Shown here in pieces: positions 27,051 to 38,490 of a stretch of DNA of 64,000 bases. The translations under genes were made by a program, and so were the position numbers. The DNA lies in the NCBI GenBank assembly GCA_028023455.1, contig JAQFVV010000002.1:13702001-13766000 (forward strand), given 5' to 3'. Under the pieces are notes generated by a model. That model saw only the letters and a list, made by a program, of their open reading frames with translations. It was not told the origin of the DNA and ran no database searches. The DNA is from Epiperipatus broadwayi (taxonomy: Eukaryota; Animalia; Onychophora). The first letter of the stretch is position 1. Each line of letters opens with the position of its first letter.

Positions 27051-27977
27051 TGCATTGCTAGACTAAAACTGAGTGTTTGTTCATTTCCACTACTTTGTTC
27101 ATTTCCACCACTTGTATCTTGATCACTATTAGCCAGATGCAGTAATATATATCTCTGACTCATCTTTGCCAATGTTTTTACTTGCCATGAACTAAATCTA
27201 TGGAATCAAACCTACCTGTAGTATATTAAACCAGGAGGAAGCATCCAATTATCAAGAAAAAACCATTATAAATCTGACAGGATTAGAAGGTGATCATCCA
27301 GATACAATATAAAAACCTAGGAAAATACTGTCTAAACATTGTGTGAACTGTTAAAATTTATTTCTAGCTAGAACTTTTAAATATCATTTCTAATTGTTAA
27401 TTTTTAACTATACATAAATAAGCATGTGTCTGTTTTAGAATATTGTAGTTTGAAATAGTATTCATATTTTTATTTAAATGTTTCAAATATTCCTTGTTTT
27501 AATAATAAATATGTTGTAAATTATTGGTTGTTTACATTTTTCTCTTTCAATTCACCTATGGGTAAATAAATAATCTTACTTAGATATTCTGTTATTACAA
27601 TCTCATTTTAATATCTAGCCATAGGTCAAGTGCTTGAAGTATGCTAGGGTCATCTCATGGAGTCCAGTCTAAATTTGAATGGTGCATGTAGGATTTTAAA
27701 CCAATTACAAATATCCCCATGAGATGTGTCAACGCTTCTTGAAGTCATGGAGGGGTATCACAGTCTGGAAAAGTAACTGCTTTAATATTTTTTATTAAAT
27801 CTTGCTCTGACTGGGAGTATGGTAATATGTAAGTATTGATCATATTTACTCCTTTTCTTGAATAGTAGGGTCTAAAATAAAGTTTTAAGTATTAATATGA
27901 GCTAATAAAGTAAAATAATAAATAATAAATAAAATAGTTGTAGAATAGATCATAAAAAAGGTAAATCCCATTACAAA

Positions 27978-28117
27978 TGGTGCCCAACATGGATCTCAAA
28001 TATTTGTTCTAATTTTTAAAAATGCATAATATAAATAACTGGCTCACAGAAATAAAAAAATATGTAATAATTAAATAAATTTATTGGAGATGAGAGACGT
28101 CAGAGAACAGACAACAC

Positions 28118-28193
<76 letters not shown>

Positions 28194-29900
28194 TTTATAT
28201 GCAAAAGAAAGATAAGTGGGGTGAGTTTTGTTAAAATAAAAAATATACATGGCAGATAAAATAAGTAAGTGCAGGTAAGCATTGGTAAAAGTTAGAAATC
28301 TGCAGGCAAATAGTGTTAGAGAATATGGTGGGGAAATCCAGGCAAACATTTGTAATTTAATTATAAATTTAAAAAAAGAATAAATTAGTAAAGTGATTAA
28401 ATTAAATTATTAAATTTAAGTAAATTAATAATCCTATTGGTTGTGTATAAAATACAGAACTAAAAGCAAAAAGGTATCATAAAAGTGTTTTTAGAAAGTG
28501 CAAATGATTGCAAGAAACAGAGCTAAAATGGAGGTTCAGAATAACAAAATAAAAAATGTTCCCAGCAAGGAACAGCAAAATAAAAACAAAAAGAAGTAAG
28601 TTATGAACAAATAAGAAAATAGTGAGATCATAGCACTAATGTTTGAAAAACAAAAAGAAGCAATTGAAGAAAGTAAAAAATAGTCGAATAATTGAAAAAC
28701 CAACAAAACGAAACAGCTAAAAGAAAATAAAAAATAGCTGAAGAACTGAAAAACCAACAAAAAGAAGCAACTGAAGAAAGTAAAAAAATAGGCAAAGAGC
28801 TTAAAAAGCAGAATAACAAAAGAAACCAAAATTCAAAGGTCAAGCTGAAATGCTTGAAAATTTTAAAAATCAAATCAGGCTAGGTTACGATAAAATGAAA
28901 GAAGAAATTATGAGAGAAATAGATGAAAATAAAATGCAAGTCAAAAATCAAATTGAGACAGCATACCAAATAATAGAAAAAAATAAAGTAGAACATGAAG
29001 TAAGTATAGGGTTAATGCGCAAAGTGGTAGAAAAACTAAAATAGAAAATAACAATATAATTGAAGAAATAATATTGAAATTAATAATTTGACAGAGAAAA
29101 TAAATAAAATAAATATAAGCAAAGATAGCAGTAAGCAAGCTGAGACATTAGATAAAAGAAAGACACCTATCAAAGTAAATAATTCTGACCAACTGAGTGT
29201 AAATGTAAATGTGCATGTTTTAAATAACCCTGCAATCATAAATAAGTTTTTAAAAATTTGGGTATTTTCTGACCACATAGGTGAAGTTCCAACAAAACAC
29301 TTAAATTGCCTGGAGATGTATATCACCTTAAATAAGTTAGGCAAATAGGCCATGACCGTGATTGAATGCAGTCATTTACAAGTGAGATCTCAAGATTGTT
29401 GGGATTCTTTATATAATAAACCCACCACTTTTGCCAAATACAAAAAAGCTTTATTAGCTAGTTATTTTAGGATTGTCAAGAAAACATTGTCACCAGATTT
29501 TGCAAGATAAATGGTGACCCAGTAACCTTTCATTCCTTTTTTCAGAAGACAGGTGGCAAAATTATACTCCTTAACAGCCAACCCACCATCCGAACAACAA
29601 ATTACTGATAGTGCATCACAACTACCCTCATAATGTCAAGCAAGTGTCTACAGACAGCAAGAAAAATGGTTGAGCAAATGGCCGAATTGCTGAGTGCTTT
29701 CAACAATACCAGACTGGCCTATAATGTGAAAGATATAGGATTTAAACCCCAACCTAGAAAGACAGCTATAAATGTGATAAGATTTAGTTATAGAATCAAT
29801 TCAGGGAGTGGAGCTCGAAGAAGACAATTCTCCAATAGCTTCAAAAGAACAAAAACTTTCAGAGAAGTGATTCTGATATCAGTCATGCAAGGCAAAAAAA
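27978..29900 (+). mobile_element. LTR-retrotransposon remnant: tRNA-Lys-type PBS and decayed gag
   Basis: TGGTGCCCAACATGGATC after ttaca matches the Lys PBS TGGCGCCCAACGTGGGGC at 14/18. Coiled-coil fragments at 28500-29050 and gag-like fragments at 29260-29700. No matching LTR pair found. Confidence 0.55.
28118..28193. repeat. (TAA)n microsatellite
   Basis: Direct reading; explains poly-I/L ORFs. Confidence 0.97.
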
Positions 29901-30772
29901 AAGGTGAAGGGGTGATTCACAATCCACTCATGGCTATTTAATCAAAAATAATAATAAAGAACCACCAGATAAAAATTAAATATGTAATCTTAGGGATTTG
30001 CCAGCTTGACTTTATAAATAATGACTAGGGATTTTGAATAAAGGAAAATGATTAATGCATTTTGTCTTAATAAATAAATAAAAAATAATAAAAATGATAA
30101 AATTAAACACTTAAATAAAAGAACTTAGTTATGAAAATGTCAAAATGAGTAAAAAACCAATGACAACCTCCACAATTACATCTATCGGCGCAAATTTAGT
30201 ACGTGATCTCCACCATTTTGAATTTCAAAATCGACCAAAAACATCGTCTGACACATATAAGTGATAAAAAAGTACGCGAAAATGCAAAAAAAAAATGAAA
30301 ACCTTACAAAATAGATATGATATCACATATTAAAAAAAGAGTAAGCTCAAAACGTAAAAAATCGAAGGTATATATATATAAAAGTCAAACTGAAACTTAA
30401 TTCATTTTACAATTAATTGTATTTTTTCTTACCAGAAGATGTTCTCTTTGTTTGCAAAATTTCAGATTCTGTATCTCATTTTAAATTATAAATCAAATAA
30501 TTTATATTATATATAGAGAGAGCAAGATTACAAATAGAATAGTTTTAAATCTTAATCAATAAATGTTAATCATCCTTCGTTAAATTTAATACATATTTTT
30601 TAGAATCTAAACACTATGCTTTGATATGATGGGGGGGGGGGGTAAGAAAATAAACTTAAAAAAAAAAAAAAAAACTTTTAAATCTTGTTATTGTTGAAAT
30701 TTAGTTATTGTTGCGACATTTGCAATAACAAAAAAATAATCTATGGAATGTAATTTTTAAATATATATATAT

Positions 30773-33700
30773 CTTTCAAAAACCAAATTTATTGTACATT
30801 TAGACCATAGAAATACAGACCAAAAAGTAAAAAAAAAACAAGTAAATGATTATGAAATAGCATGCAAATAAAAAAAGGATATATTTGAGTTAATGTTTGC
30901 ACAGGAAACTTTTGTGACTTGTTTGTTGTTCCAAAAATAGACCATAGAAACCCAATTTGTCTAAAGTTCATAGCAGGGAAGATTAAAATGAGATGCTGTT
31001 AGTAGGTAGTATTAATATCCGTGTTTGAGTTTTATGAAATGATGAAAAGCAACAGCCACCCAATAAACAGCAAAGTTGCGGGGAGCTCTATCCAATTGCA
31101 ATGGAGTCCCAGGTTTGTGCAGCTGTGAAGGGGTCAGCAGTGCGCATATCTCTATCCCTTTCCTTGTTTAGTATTTGGCAAAACGCTGTGAATATATTAT
31201 TCAAGGTCTCAGCCTGGAACACCAGCTTACAGCGCAATGCCCAGATGGAAAAGTTAATTATGGCCGAAAGCCGGATCTCAGAGAATATGCCCTTTTCAAT
31301 TGCTGTCTTGAGGTTCATTTCAATTTGATTTCTTGTCATGTTTTGTTGAAAATGAGTTCTTAAATTGTTCAAAGTTATGCATTCGAAGAGGAAGTGATCG
31401 GTAGTCTCTTCCTGTCTTTGACACAATGTGCAATTAGGGTCAATATCTTGCCCCCTTTTATAGTGGAGGAAGGCATTTGTTGGGAGGGCATGCAGGTTCG
31501 ATTTCAATAGGAAGTCCACGATTTTTGGCGGCAACTTCCAGAGCTTGGTCATCCTTATCATTCGAGGGATGTTGATTGAAAGGCAGCTGGGGATCCTCTG
31601 TTTTTGATGGTCAAGAAGATCAAACACTTCCCAATATGCAAGTTTTCTTTGAAATAGGGTTGATGTTGGTTTGATGTTATCAAAGATAAAGTTGATCTGC
31701 TGTTGAAGGAGCAAGGCACGTCCTCTGGGGGGTGGCCGATCAGTAGGTTGAATGTCCTTTTCCGGAAGTGGGCATTGAGCACGTTCATTTTCCTTGAAGA
31801 TGTTGTAGAGTACATTATGGATGCGTTGTAAGTTGAATATAGTTAGCGAGTGTAGTGAGAGACCATTTAAAGTTTTGGGCTTTTGGAGGATTCTCAAGCT
31901 AATTACGGGTGATCGGCCCGCCCAACACAGTTTTCTACAGGCGGTTTCTACTTTGTTGATGAATACCTTGGTGGGGATGAACCCTGCCAAATAGTATATT
32001 ATTTTTGGAAGAATGAGAGCATTTAAAAGGGCTACTTTCCCAAATAGGGAAAGGTATATTTTTGACAAAGATGCGATTGTGGTTTCAATTTTCTCTAATA
32101 ATGAGTCCTGTATCTCTTTACGCATCACCGTGGGTGTTTTTGATAGGTGAAATCCTAGAAATTTCTGTGGTGCTGCTTCAAATCCACCAGAGATCTTCTG
32201 GCCAGTAAGAATTGACCAAATAGCTGATTTTTTTGGGTTGACAAGGAAACCAGATAATTTGGCATGGTGATCAAGAAGTTGTTTTAGCTTACCCAGTTCA
32301 TCATGGGATGAAAGAAACACAACTACATCATCCATATAGGAGATGTGATTGATGTTCTCATTAAGTAGCGGAACAGCGATACCAGAAAACGTGGCCTCGA
32401 TGTTCAACAGCATTGGATTGATATAGGCAGCAAAGAGAAGTGCACTCAGGGGAGAACCTTGGGGGATGGAGATGTAGGGCATAAAACCCGGGGCAATGCG
32501 ACCATCTAGGGACAAGAACACTTCCCGATTGTAAAGAAGGTTCTCAATCATTTGAATGTATACGGGTGGTACATTTAGCTGTTCCAGAACACTGAGAAGA
32601 ACATCAATTCTCACGGAGTCGAATGCCCCAGCTATATCAAGTTGGACTGCAATGGGCCGGGACTTCCTTTGTCTCCGCACATGATCGACCAGAAGTCTGA
32701 AGTGGCTGACAGCATCAGATGTTGAAGTGCCTTTTTTTGCAAATTGATAGCGCGAAAGTTGTTTAATTATGTTATATTGAATCTTGTCTTTAATGATGCT
32801 CTCGATGATCTTTGTCAATAGAGGAATCATCGAGATAGGACGCAGGTTATTGAGATCTGGTTGTGCATCTCGCTTCTTTAAAAAGGGTACCATGGAGATG
32901 GGACATAGGTTTATTAGGTGATGACTTCCAGTGGCGATGAGGTCTATCATTCCGTGGATTACTGGGATAGTAAAAGCTCTTAGGTGTAAAAGTAGAAATC
33001 TGGGAATTCCATGCATGCCAGGATGGACACTTTCTGGGAGTGATTGCAGTTTGTCAAGAATATCACCATCTGTGATGTTATGTTCCATAGGGTTGTTAGT
33101 AACAAAAACTCTACGGATGTTAGTGACACCAATAGGTTGTAATTTTCTTTTGTAAAAGTCTCTTATTTTGGAAAGCATGGAGAGGCCGATATATTGTTTA
33201 CTGTGTATCTTGATCGATGAGGGTGCCTTGTTTTGTTGGTTGGATCCTAGGGCCCATCTGATGTAACCTCGAGTCCAGCAGTGTTGATATGCTAAGTAAC
33301 TGCGCGCTCGTTTAATTGATAGGTATTCAGCCAGGGATTGTTGGGTAGCTTTGTATTGTAGTTTAAGGCGAGTAATTTCTTGGATATTTTGCCTTTGTAT
33401 GGGCAAATGTTTAAGTGTGTCGGCTATCTTGTCCAATTGACTTAGTAATTTGAGGGGACCTTTATTATGTTGAGTGCATTTATGAATATGTGATTGTAGA
33501 ATATTTATGAAGTTATTCCATTTATCACATGGTGAAAGTGTGTTTATATTAGCAGAGTTGAATGATATGTAAATCTCAGAGATGAGTTGTATAGTGGCAG
33601 ATTCCTTTGTGAGGATCCTCATTGTTCGTGGAATGTTGCCATATGAATGTGTGTTATCCACAATTCTGATAAGGACCTCTAGTGCCATGTGGTCCGTAAA

Positions 33701-33994
33701 GACAACAGGCCACAGGTTAGCTTCAATGAAGGGAGCAAGTGAAGGAGAGAAGTATAAAAGATCAATGAGGGACTTAAACCGTGATGAATAGAATGAGAAG
33801 GCAGACACATCAAAAAGCTGTCTTCCACTTGTAAAGGTGTTGCTCAGTGATTTTAAGTGACTCCTTTCAAAAGAATCATATGTATGATTAAAGTCACCCA
33901 ACATCAATGCAGGAAAAGGGTTAGTTCTTAAGACTGCGTTGATAGTGTGGATGATTCTATAGATTATATCTGATGCTTTGGTCATGTAAACATT
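30773..33994 (-). mobile_element. 5'-truncated L1/Tx1-clade LINE
   Basis: Open ORF2, T-rich ~310-nt 3' UTR with AATAAA (30788-30793); both ends abut (TA)n; markedly more GC/CpG-rich than flanks. Confidence 0.88.
31088..33985 (-). CDS. LINE ORF2: truncated APE endonuclease, reverse transcriptase, C-terminal CCHC finger (965 aa from Met 33985)
   Basis: GDFN, LIDLLY, TDH (APE); LRPISM, DIAGAFDSV, PQGSPLS, YMDD, FLG (RT); LSLFGKVALLNALILPKIIY (L1/Tx1-like); CTLC..EETTDHFLFEC. The first ~33 aa of the listed ORF are (TA)n/flank read-through; the following NVY belongs to the element. Confidence 0.93.
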   Translation of the reverse strand: MTKASDIIYRIIHTINAVLRTNPFPALMLGDFNHTYDSFERSHLKSLSNTFTSGRQLFDVSAFSFYSSRFKSLIDLLYFSPSLAPFIEANLWPVVFTDHMALEVLIRIVDNTHSYGNIPRTMRILTKESATIQLISEIYISFNSANINTLSPCDKWNNFINILQSHIHKCTQHNKGPLKLLSQLDKIADTLKHLPIQRQNIQEITRLKLQYKATQQSLAEYLSIKRARSYLAYQHCWTRGYIRWALGSNQQNKAPSSIKIHSKQYIGLSMLSKIRDFYKRKLQPIGVTNIRRVFVTNNPMEHNITDGDILDKLQSLPESVHPGMHGIPRFLLLHLRAFTIPVIHGMIDLIATGSHHLINLCPISMVPFLKKRDAQPDLNNLRPISMIPLLTKIIESIIKDKIQYNIIKQLSRYQFAKKGTSTSDAVSHFRLLVDHVRRQRKSRPIAVQLDIAGAFDSVRIDVLLSVLEQLNVPPVYIQMIENLLYNREVFLSLDGRIAPGFMPYISIPQGSPLSALLFAAYINPMLLNIEATFSGIAVPLLNENINHISYMDDVVVFLSSHDELGKLKQLLDHHAKLSGFLVNPKKSAIWSILTGQKISGGFEAAPQKFLGFHLSKTPTVMRKEIQDSLLEKIETTIASLSKIYLSLFGKVALLNALILPKIIYYLAGFIPTKVFINKVETACRKLCWAGRSPVISLRILQKPKTLNGLSLHSLTIFNLQRIHNVLYNIFKENERAQCPLPEKDIQPTDRPPPRGRALLLQQQINFIFDNIKPTSTLFQRKLAYWEVFDLLDHQKQRIPSCLSINIPRMIRMTKLWKLPPKIVDFLLKSNLHALPTNAFLHYKRGQDIDPNCTLCQRQEETTDHFLFECITLNNLRTHFQQNMTRNQIEMNLKTAIEKGIFSEIRLSAIINFSIWALRCKLVFQAETLNNIFTAFCQILNKERDRDMRTADPFTAAQTWDSIAIG

Positions 33995-34115
33995 TATATA
34001 TATATATATATATATGTAATATATATATATATATATATATGTAATTAGATAGATCAAACAAAATATATATATATATATAAACATTACAAGCATAAAGCTA
34101 AACTAGTCAATATAA

Positions 34116-34330
34116 AATCAAAACTACCCCAAATCTAAAATTAAACCAGACCAGAATAAAAATAATATTAAAACACAACCTAAGGTTTCACTGCTACAAG
34201 CAGACTTCTCAAGTGTAAAGAATTTCTTTACACTTGAGAAGTCTGCTTGTAGCAGTGAAACCTTAGGTTGTGTTTTAATATTATTTTTATTCTGGTCTGG
34301 TTTAATTTTAGATTTGGGGTAGTTTTGATT
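34116..34330. repeat. Perfect palindrome (107-bp arms, 1-nt centre at 34223) of a PLE 3' end with hammerhead-like motif (family C)
   Basis: Arms checked base by base. Motif acac TTGAGA agt CTGCT tgt AGCAG t GAAA CCTTAGGT t gtgt. Homologous to 4299-4440. Confidence 0.9.
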
Positions 34331-34731
34331 ATATATATATATATGTAATTAGATAGATCAAACAAAATATATATATATATAATTAGATAAATCAAACAAA
34401 ACACCAAATTGCCTAGTTTACAAAAATAATATTAATTTCAGCTAATTTATTAAAGATTATTTAGTTTTCATATGAATACCGATATTATAGACTGCTTACT
34501 TGTACACAAACATATATAGAAATTAATATTACTTTTTGTAAACTAGACTGTATATATATATATTTACTGGCTTAACTTTATTTCATTAATTTTAGAATCT
34601 ATAAAAAGTTATAAAATGAATTTTTTTATAGTTTACTTTGAATGATGAGGGAAATTAAATTGTTTGTTTTCCCCTCTTAGGGAGAGCACAGCAAAACTTC
34701 TTAAATTTTAAACTCAACAATAACAAGATTT

Positions 34732-34841
34732 GTCTTGCATTGTTAGCCGAGAGGTATCGCAGCCACCATGCAAGCAAGTAGTTGGTTGCAGACGGTTGTG
34801 GATTCGCGTCCCGGCCGATGCTATGACACATGGAAAAAAAA
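34732..34841 (+). mobile_element. tRNA-derived short SINE with 16-bp TSD
   Basis: A box TAGCCGAGAGG, B-box-like GGATTCGCGTCC, acceptor-like GCATTG/CGATGC, tail gacacatg-An; TSD aacaataacaagattt. Confidence 0.8.
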
Positions 34842-35710
34842 AACAATAACAAGATTTAAAAGTTTTTTTTTTAAAGTTTCTTTTCTTACCCCCCCCCCCC
34901 CCCAATCATATCAAAGCATATTGTTTAGATTCTAAAAAATATGTATTAAATTTAACGAAGGATGGCTAACATTTAATTGATTAAGGTTTAAAACTATTCT
35001 ATTTGTAATCTTGCTCTCTCTATATATAAATTATTTGATTTATAATTTAAAATGAAATACAGAATCTGAAATTTTTCATTTTTTATCACTTAGATGTGTC
35101 AGACGATGTTTTTGGTCGATTTTGAAATTCAAAATGGCAGAGATCGCGTACTAAATTTGCACCCATCTATCTTTATTGTTGTGAGAAACCCAACTTGTAA
35201 GTATGTGCTGTGAACACAATGGAGCATGACCAAAATAAATATGTAAAAATAAGATGTATTAATTGAAAAAAAAAATGCATTCAAAATAAAAGTTAAATAA
35301 ATAAACATAAAATTGGTTACTTTTCTGTTGTCTTCATTAGTTTTTCCAAGTCAGAATTATGGGGTTATTTGAAATGTTGAAGAATTATCAACTGGAGTAT
35401 AATTCTGTTATTATAAATAAAACATAGAAAATAATATTTTAGTATATTCATATTGCTACTTGATTAACTGTTTCCACTTTCATTAATTTTGTAATTTTGT
35501 TTGCTGTATGAAAATTGAGATATTTATTATTATATTCTAACTTAATAAATCAGTTGTTAAATTTAAATATAGACTGAGATCATTTAACTCCATTCTTAGG
35601 GTTTTGTTATAATAATTACAGAATTTTAATAGTCAATGTATACAATATCATATCTGAAAATATTAAAACCAACATGTCTGTTGTTGTTTAATAAAGACAA
35701 TTCAAAAACA

Positions 35711-35823
35711 GTCAAGCGTTGTTAGCCAAGACTTCAGTGCAGCTGTCTTGCAAGTAAGCAGTTGGTTGCAGACGGTTGTTGCAGGTCCACCTCCTGGTCG
35801 ATGCTACGACATATGGAAAAAAA
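35711..35823 (+). mobile_element. Second, more decayed copy of the 34732 SINE
   Basis: Shares gttagcc...gcaag..ag..gttggttgcagacggttgt...gatgct..gacatatggAn. Confidence 0.75.
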
Positions 35824-35879
35824 TAGTACTATATAAGTTCAAAAAATATCCAAACACTTTTGAAACTTACATGTCCTTA

Positions 35880-37460
35880 TCAAGGCACCTGTACTAAAGA
35901 ACATACTCAATAAATATGTAAGAAAACTAGTGTGAAGACCAGAAACAAATAATTGGAAAATTAGTCTATTTAGCAGTAATTGCATATTGTGATCTTTTAA
36001 TTAAATACAATTCCTTAATTTTATGTTTCTCATCATGTGGCTCATACATTAAAATATTAACCTTTTGGGGAACATAAATATGACAAGTTACACTTTGATG
36101 TAAGTAAAACATTGAGCAAACTGTTTGATCCTCCATTGTTTTCTTATACACATATTATACTTGTAAATGGTATTTCATATTAGACTTCATTTCTCCAATA
36201 TACACAGCATTCCCTGGACCCTGGCAACTAATAGAATATATAACACAAGTTATTAGCATCATCTGTTTTATGTTTAGTATTATTTAATATCATATTCAGA
36301 CTTAATGGAGTTTGCCAAGCTATTCTAAAATCTTAACTCATGATTTTTATTAATATATTTTGTATATTAGGTATACATGTCATAGAAAGCCATTTCTTAT
36401 GATAAAAAAAAAAGCTTATTTACATTAACGTAAACAGATCTCTTTTTATAAGTTCTAATATAATTACATGAATTATATTAATTATTCCCATATTCAATAT
36501 TTATCAAATCCTGAGTGTATCTTTCAATATTATTTTTTTCCGATCAGATTCATGAGAACGTAAACACTGATTCTGCATACACTATCAGATGAATAAAACC
36601 CCTAACATTTATATGTTCAATTATCAGTTTATATATAAACTCTTTATCCATATATGATACCATTAAATCTAAATACTTAATTGCTGAATTCTTTTCTTTC
36701 TCAATAGTCCATGTTAAACCATAAACATTTTGTAAACCTTTCAATATCTGCATAATTACAGAATTTTGTCATATACCAACACATCATCAACATATCTACA
36801 ATAAATTGTGTTATTGTTTTTTTATTAAAATGAGTTGCACAATACAATGCTCAGTCTTATTAAGAAAAAGACTACTCATTATACCACTAATAGCTAGTCT
36901 CATTTTCATACAATATAATTTATTCTCAAATGATGCTATTATTTCATCACTTATCCATTCCAAAGTATTAATAATAAATGTATTTTCCCTAGGATACATA
37001 TTTGCACTAATCAATTGATCATTTAATATCCTAATAAATAAATATAACTTTGATCAAAAGACATATAACTCTGTAACATCCAGTAATACCAATTTATATC
37101 CCTTAACTGTAAGTATCAAGTTTGAATATGATATTGAAAGATAAGACAGATGATGCTAATAAGGGTTGTGTTGTATATTCTATTAGTTTCCAGGATCTAG
37201 GACGTATTACTGTGTATATTGCAGAAATGAAGAATAATATGAAATATCGTTTACAACAGCATAATTATGTGTAAGTGGTGATATTTGTATTCCCCAAAGG
37301 TTTAATATTTAACGTATGAGCTGCATGATAAGTAAATAAAGAAATTGTATCAATTAAATGATCATAATATGCAATTAATGCTAAATAAATAGTTTTCCGT
37401 CTTCTTACTAATTTTCTTAAATATTTATTGAATATGTTCTTTAGTATAGTTGCCTTGATA
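35880..37460 (-). mobile_element. Decayed PLE (RT + GIY-YIG) with inverted copy
   Basis: Minus ORFs 36811-37014 (ENKLYCMKMRLAISG) and 36550-36753 (AIKYLDL); NAVYIGE at ~36200; 37140-37460 is the reverse complement of ~35880-36320. Confidence 0.75.
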
Positions 37461-37499
37461 AGGACACATAAGTGTTGAAAGTGCTTGGATATTATTCGA

Positions 37500-38490
37500 A
37501 TTTATATAGCACTATTTTAAAGTGTTTCTGTTAAACAAAATATGGATGATTTAATCTGTAAATTGTGTAAGGAAGGAATAAAAAATATTAGGCATATGTT
37601 AATTGAATGTAAATGCTTGAAAGCAGAAAGGGTATAGATAATGAAGTTATGGAAGAATAAATATGAACAGAGATTATACAGAAAATGTATTATTGGTTTT
37701 TATATTGGGTTTGGAAAAAGATAAGGGGGATTTAAATATAAAGGCCATAGAGTGGACCAATATTATGTTGTGGAAATGGGATAGAGCAGATTATGGGAAA
37801 AACTTAGGGTGGGGAATGGAAAGGGAAGGTAAAGTGGCTAACAGGTTTCTCTGGGCATAGTGGTGAGAGATTCCTGACTCCATTTAAGGAGAAGTCACAG
37901 TGCATCACATCACATCCCCTCAGTGCATCACATCACATCCCCTCTTTTCTTCCAAAGAGTAAGCTTGTGCTTAAGACCTGTAGAGGTCCCTACCTTTGCA
38001 TTTTCAAGTGCATATTCTTGAGGTTTATTGCCTTAGTAAATATTAATTAGTAATAGAAGGAAATTAATTTATTACATAATATCATATTTAGAAGTTTTAT
38101 TTGTATTATTGGTTTTTATATTGGGTTTGGAAAAAGATAAGGGGATTTAAATATAAAGGCCATAGAGTGGACCAATATTATGTTGTGGAAATGGGATAGA
38201 GCAGATTATGGGAAAAACTTAGGGGGGGAATGGAAAGGGAAGGTAAAGTGGCTAACAGGTTTCTCTGGGCATAGTGGTGAGAGATTCCTGACTACATTTA
38301 AGGAGAAGTCACAGTGCATCACATCACATCCCCTCTTTTCTTCCAAAGAGTAAGCTTGTGCTTAAGACCTGTAGAGGTCCCTACCTTTGCATTTTCAAGT
38401 GCATATTCTTGAGGTTTATTGCCTTAGGAAATATTAATTAGTAATAGAAGGAAATTAATTTATTACATAATATCATATTTAGAAGTTTTA
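37500..38490 (+). mobile_element. LINE C-terminal fragment followed by a ~415-bp tandem duplication
   Basis: LICKLCKEG..NIRHMLIEC zinc finger at ~37550-37610; 37688-38100 repeated at 38103-38490. Confidence 0.7.

Larger units (their letters stand above)
30187..35163. mobile_element. Non-autonomous long-TIR DNA transposon (Mutator/foldback-like) with nested cargo
   Basis: TIRs ~30187-30691 and ~34716-35163 (GGCGCAAATTTAGTACG / CGTACTAAATTTGCACC); right arm has an internal deletion and a SINE insertion. Perfect 8-bp TSD CATCTATC at 30179-30186 and 35164-35171. No transposase seen. Confidence 0.85.

Noticed and set aside
28071-28349. Poly-Ile/Leu membrane-protein ORFs
   Set aside because: Translations of the (TAA)n microsatellite.
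28536-29138. Phe/Leu-rich minus-strand ORFs
   Set aside because: Antisense shadows of A-rich gag-like coiled-coil sequence.
31101-33791. Short ORFs overlapping the LINE ORF2
   Set aside because: Antisense or out-of-frame shadows without motifs.
33995-34093. N-terminal ~33 aa of the 1001-aa ORF
   Set aside because: Read-through of (TA)n and flank (YIYIYI); not part of the LINE.
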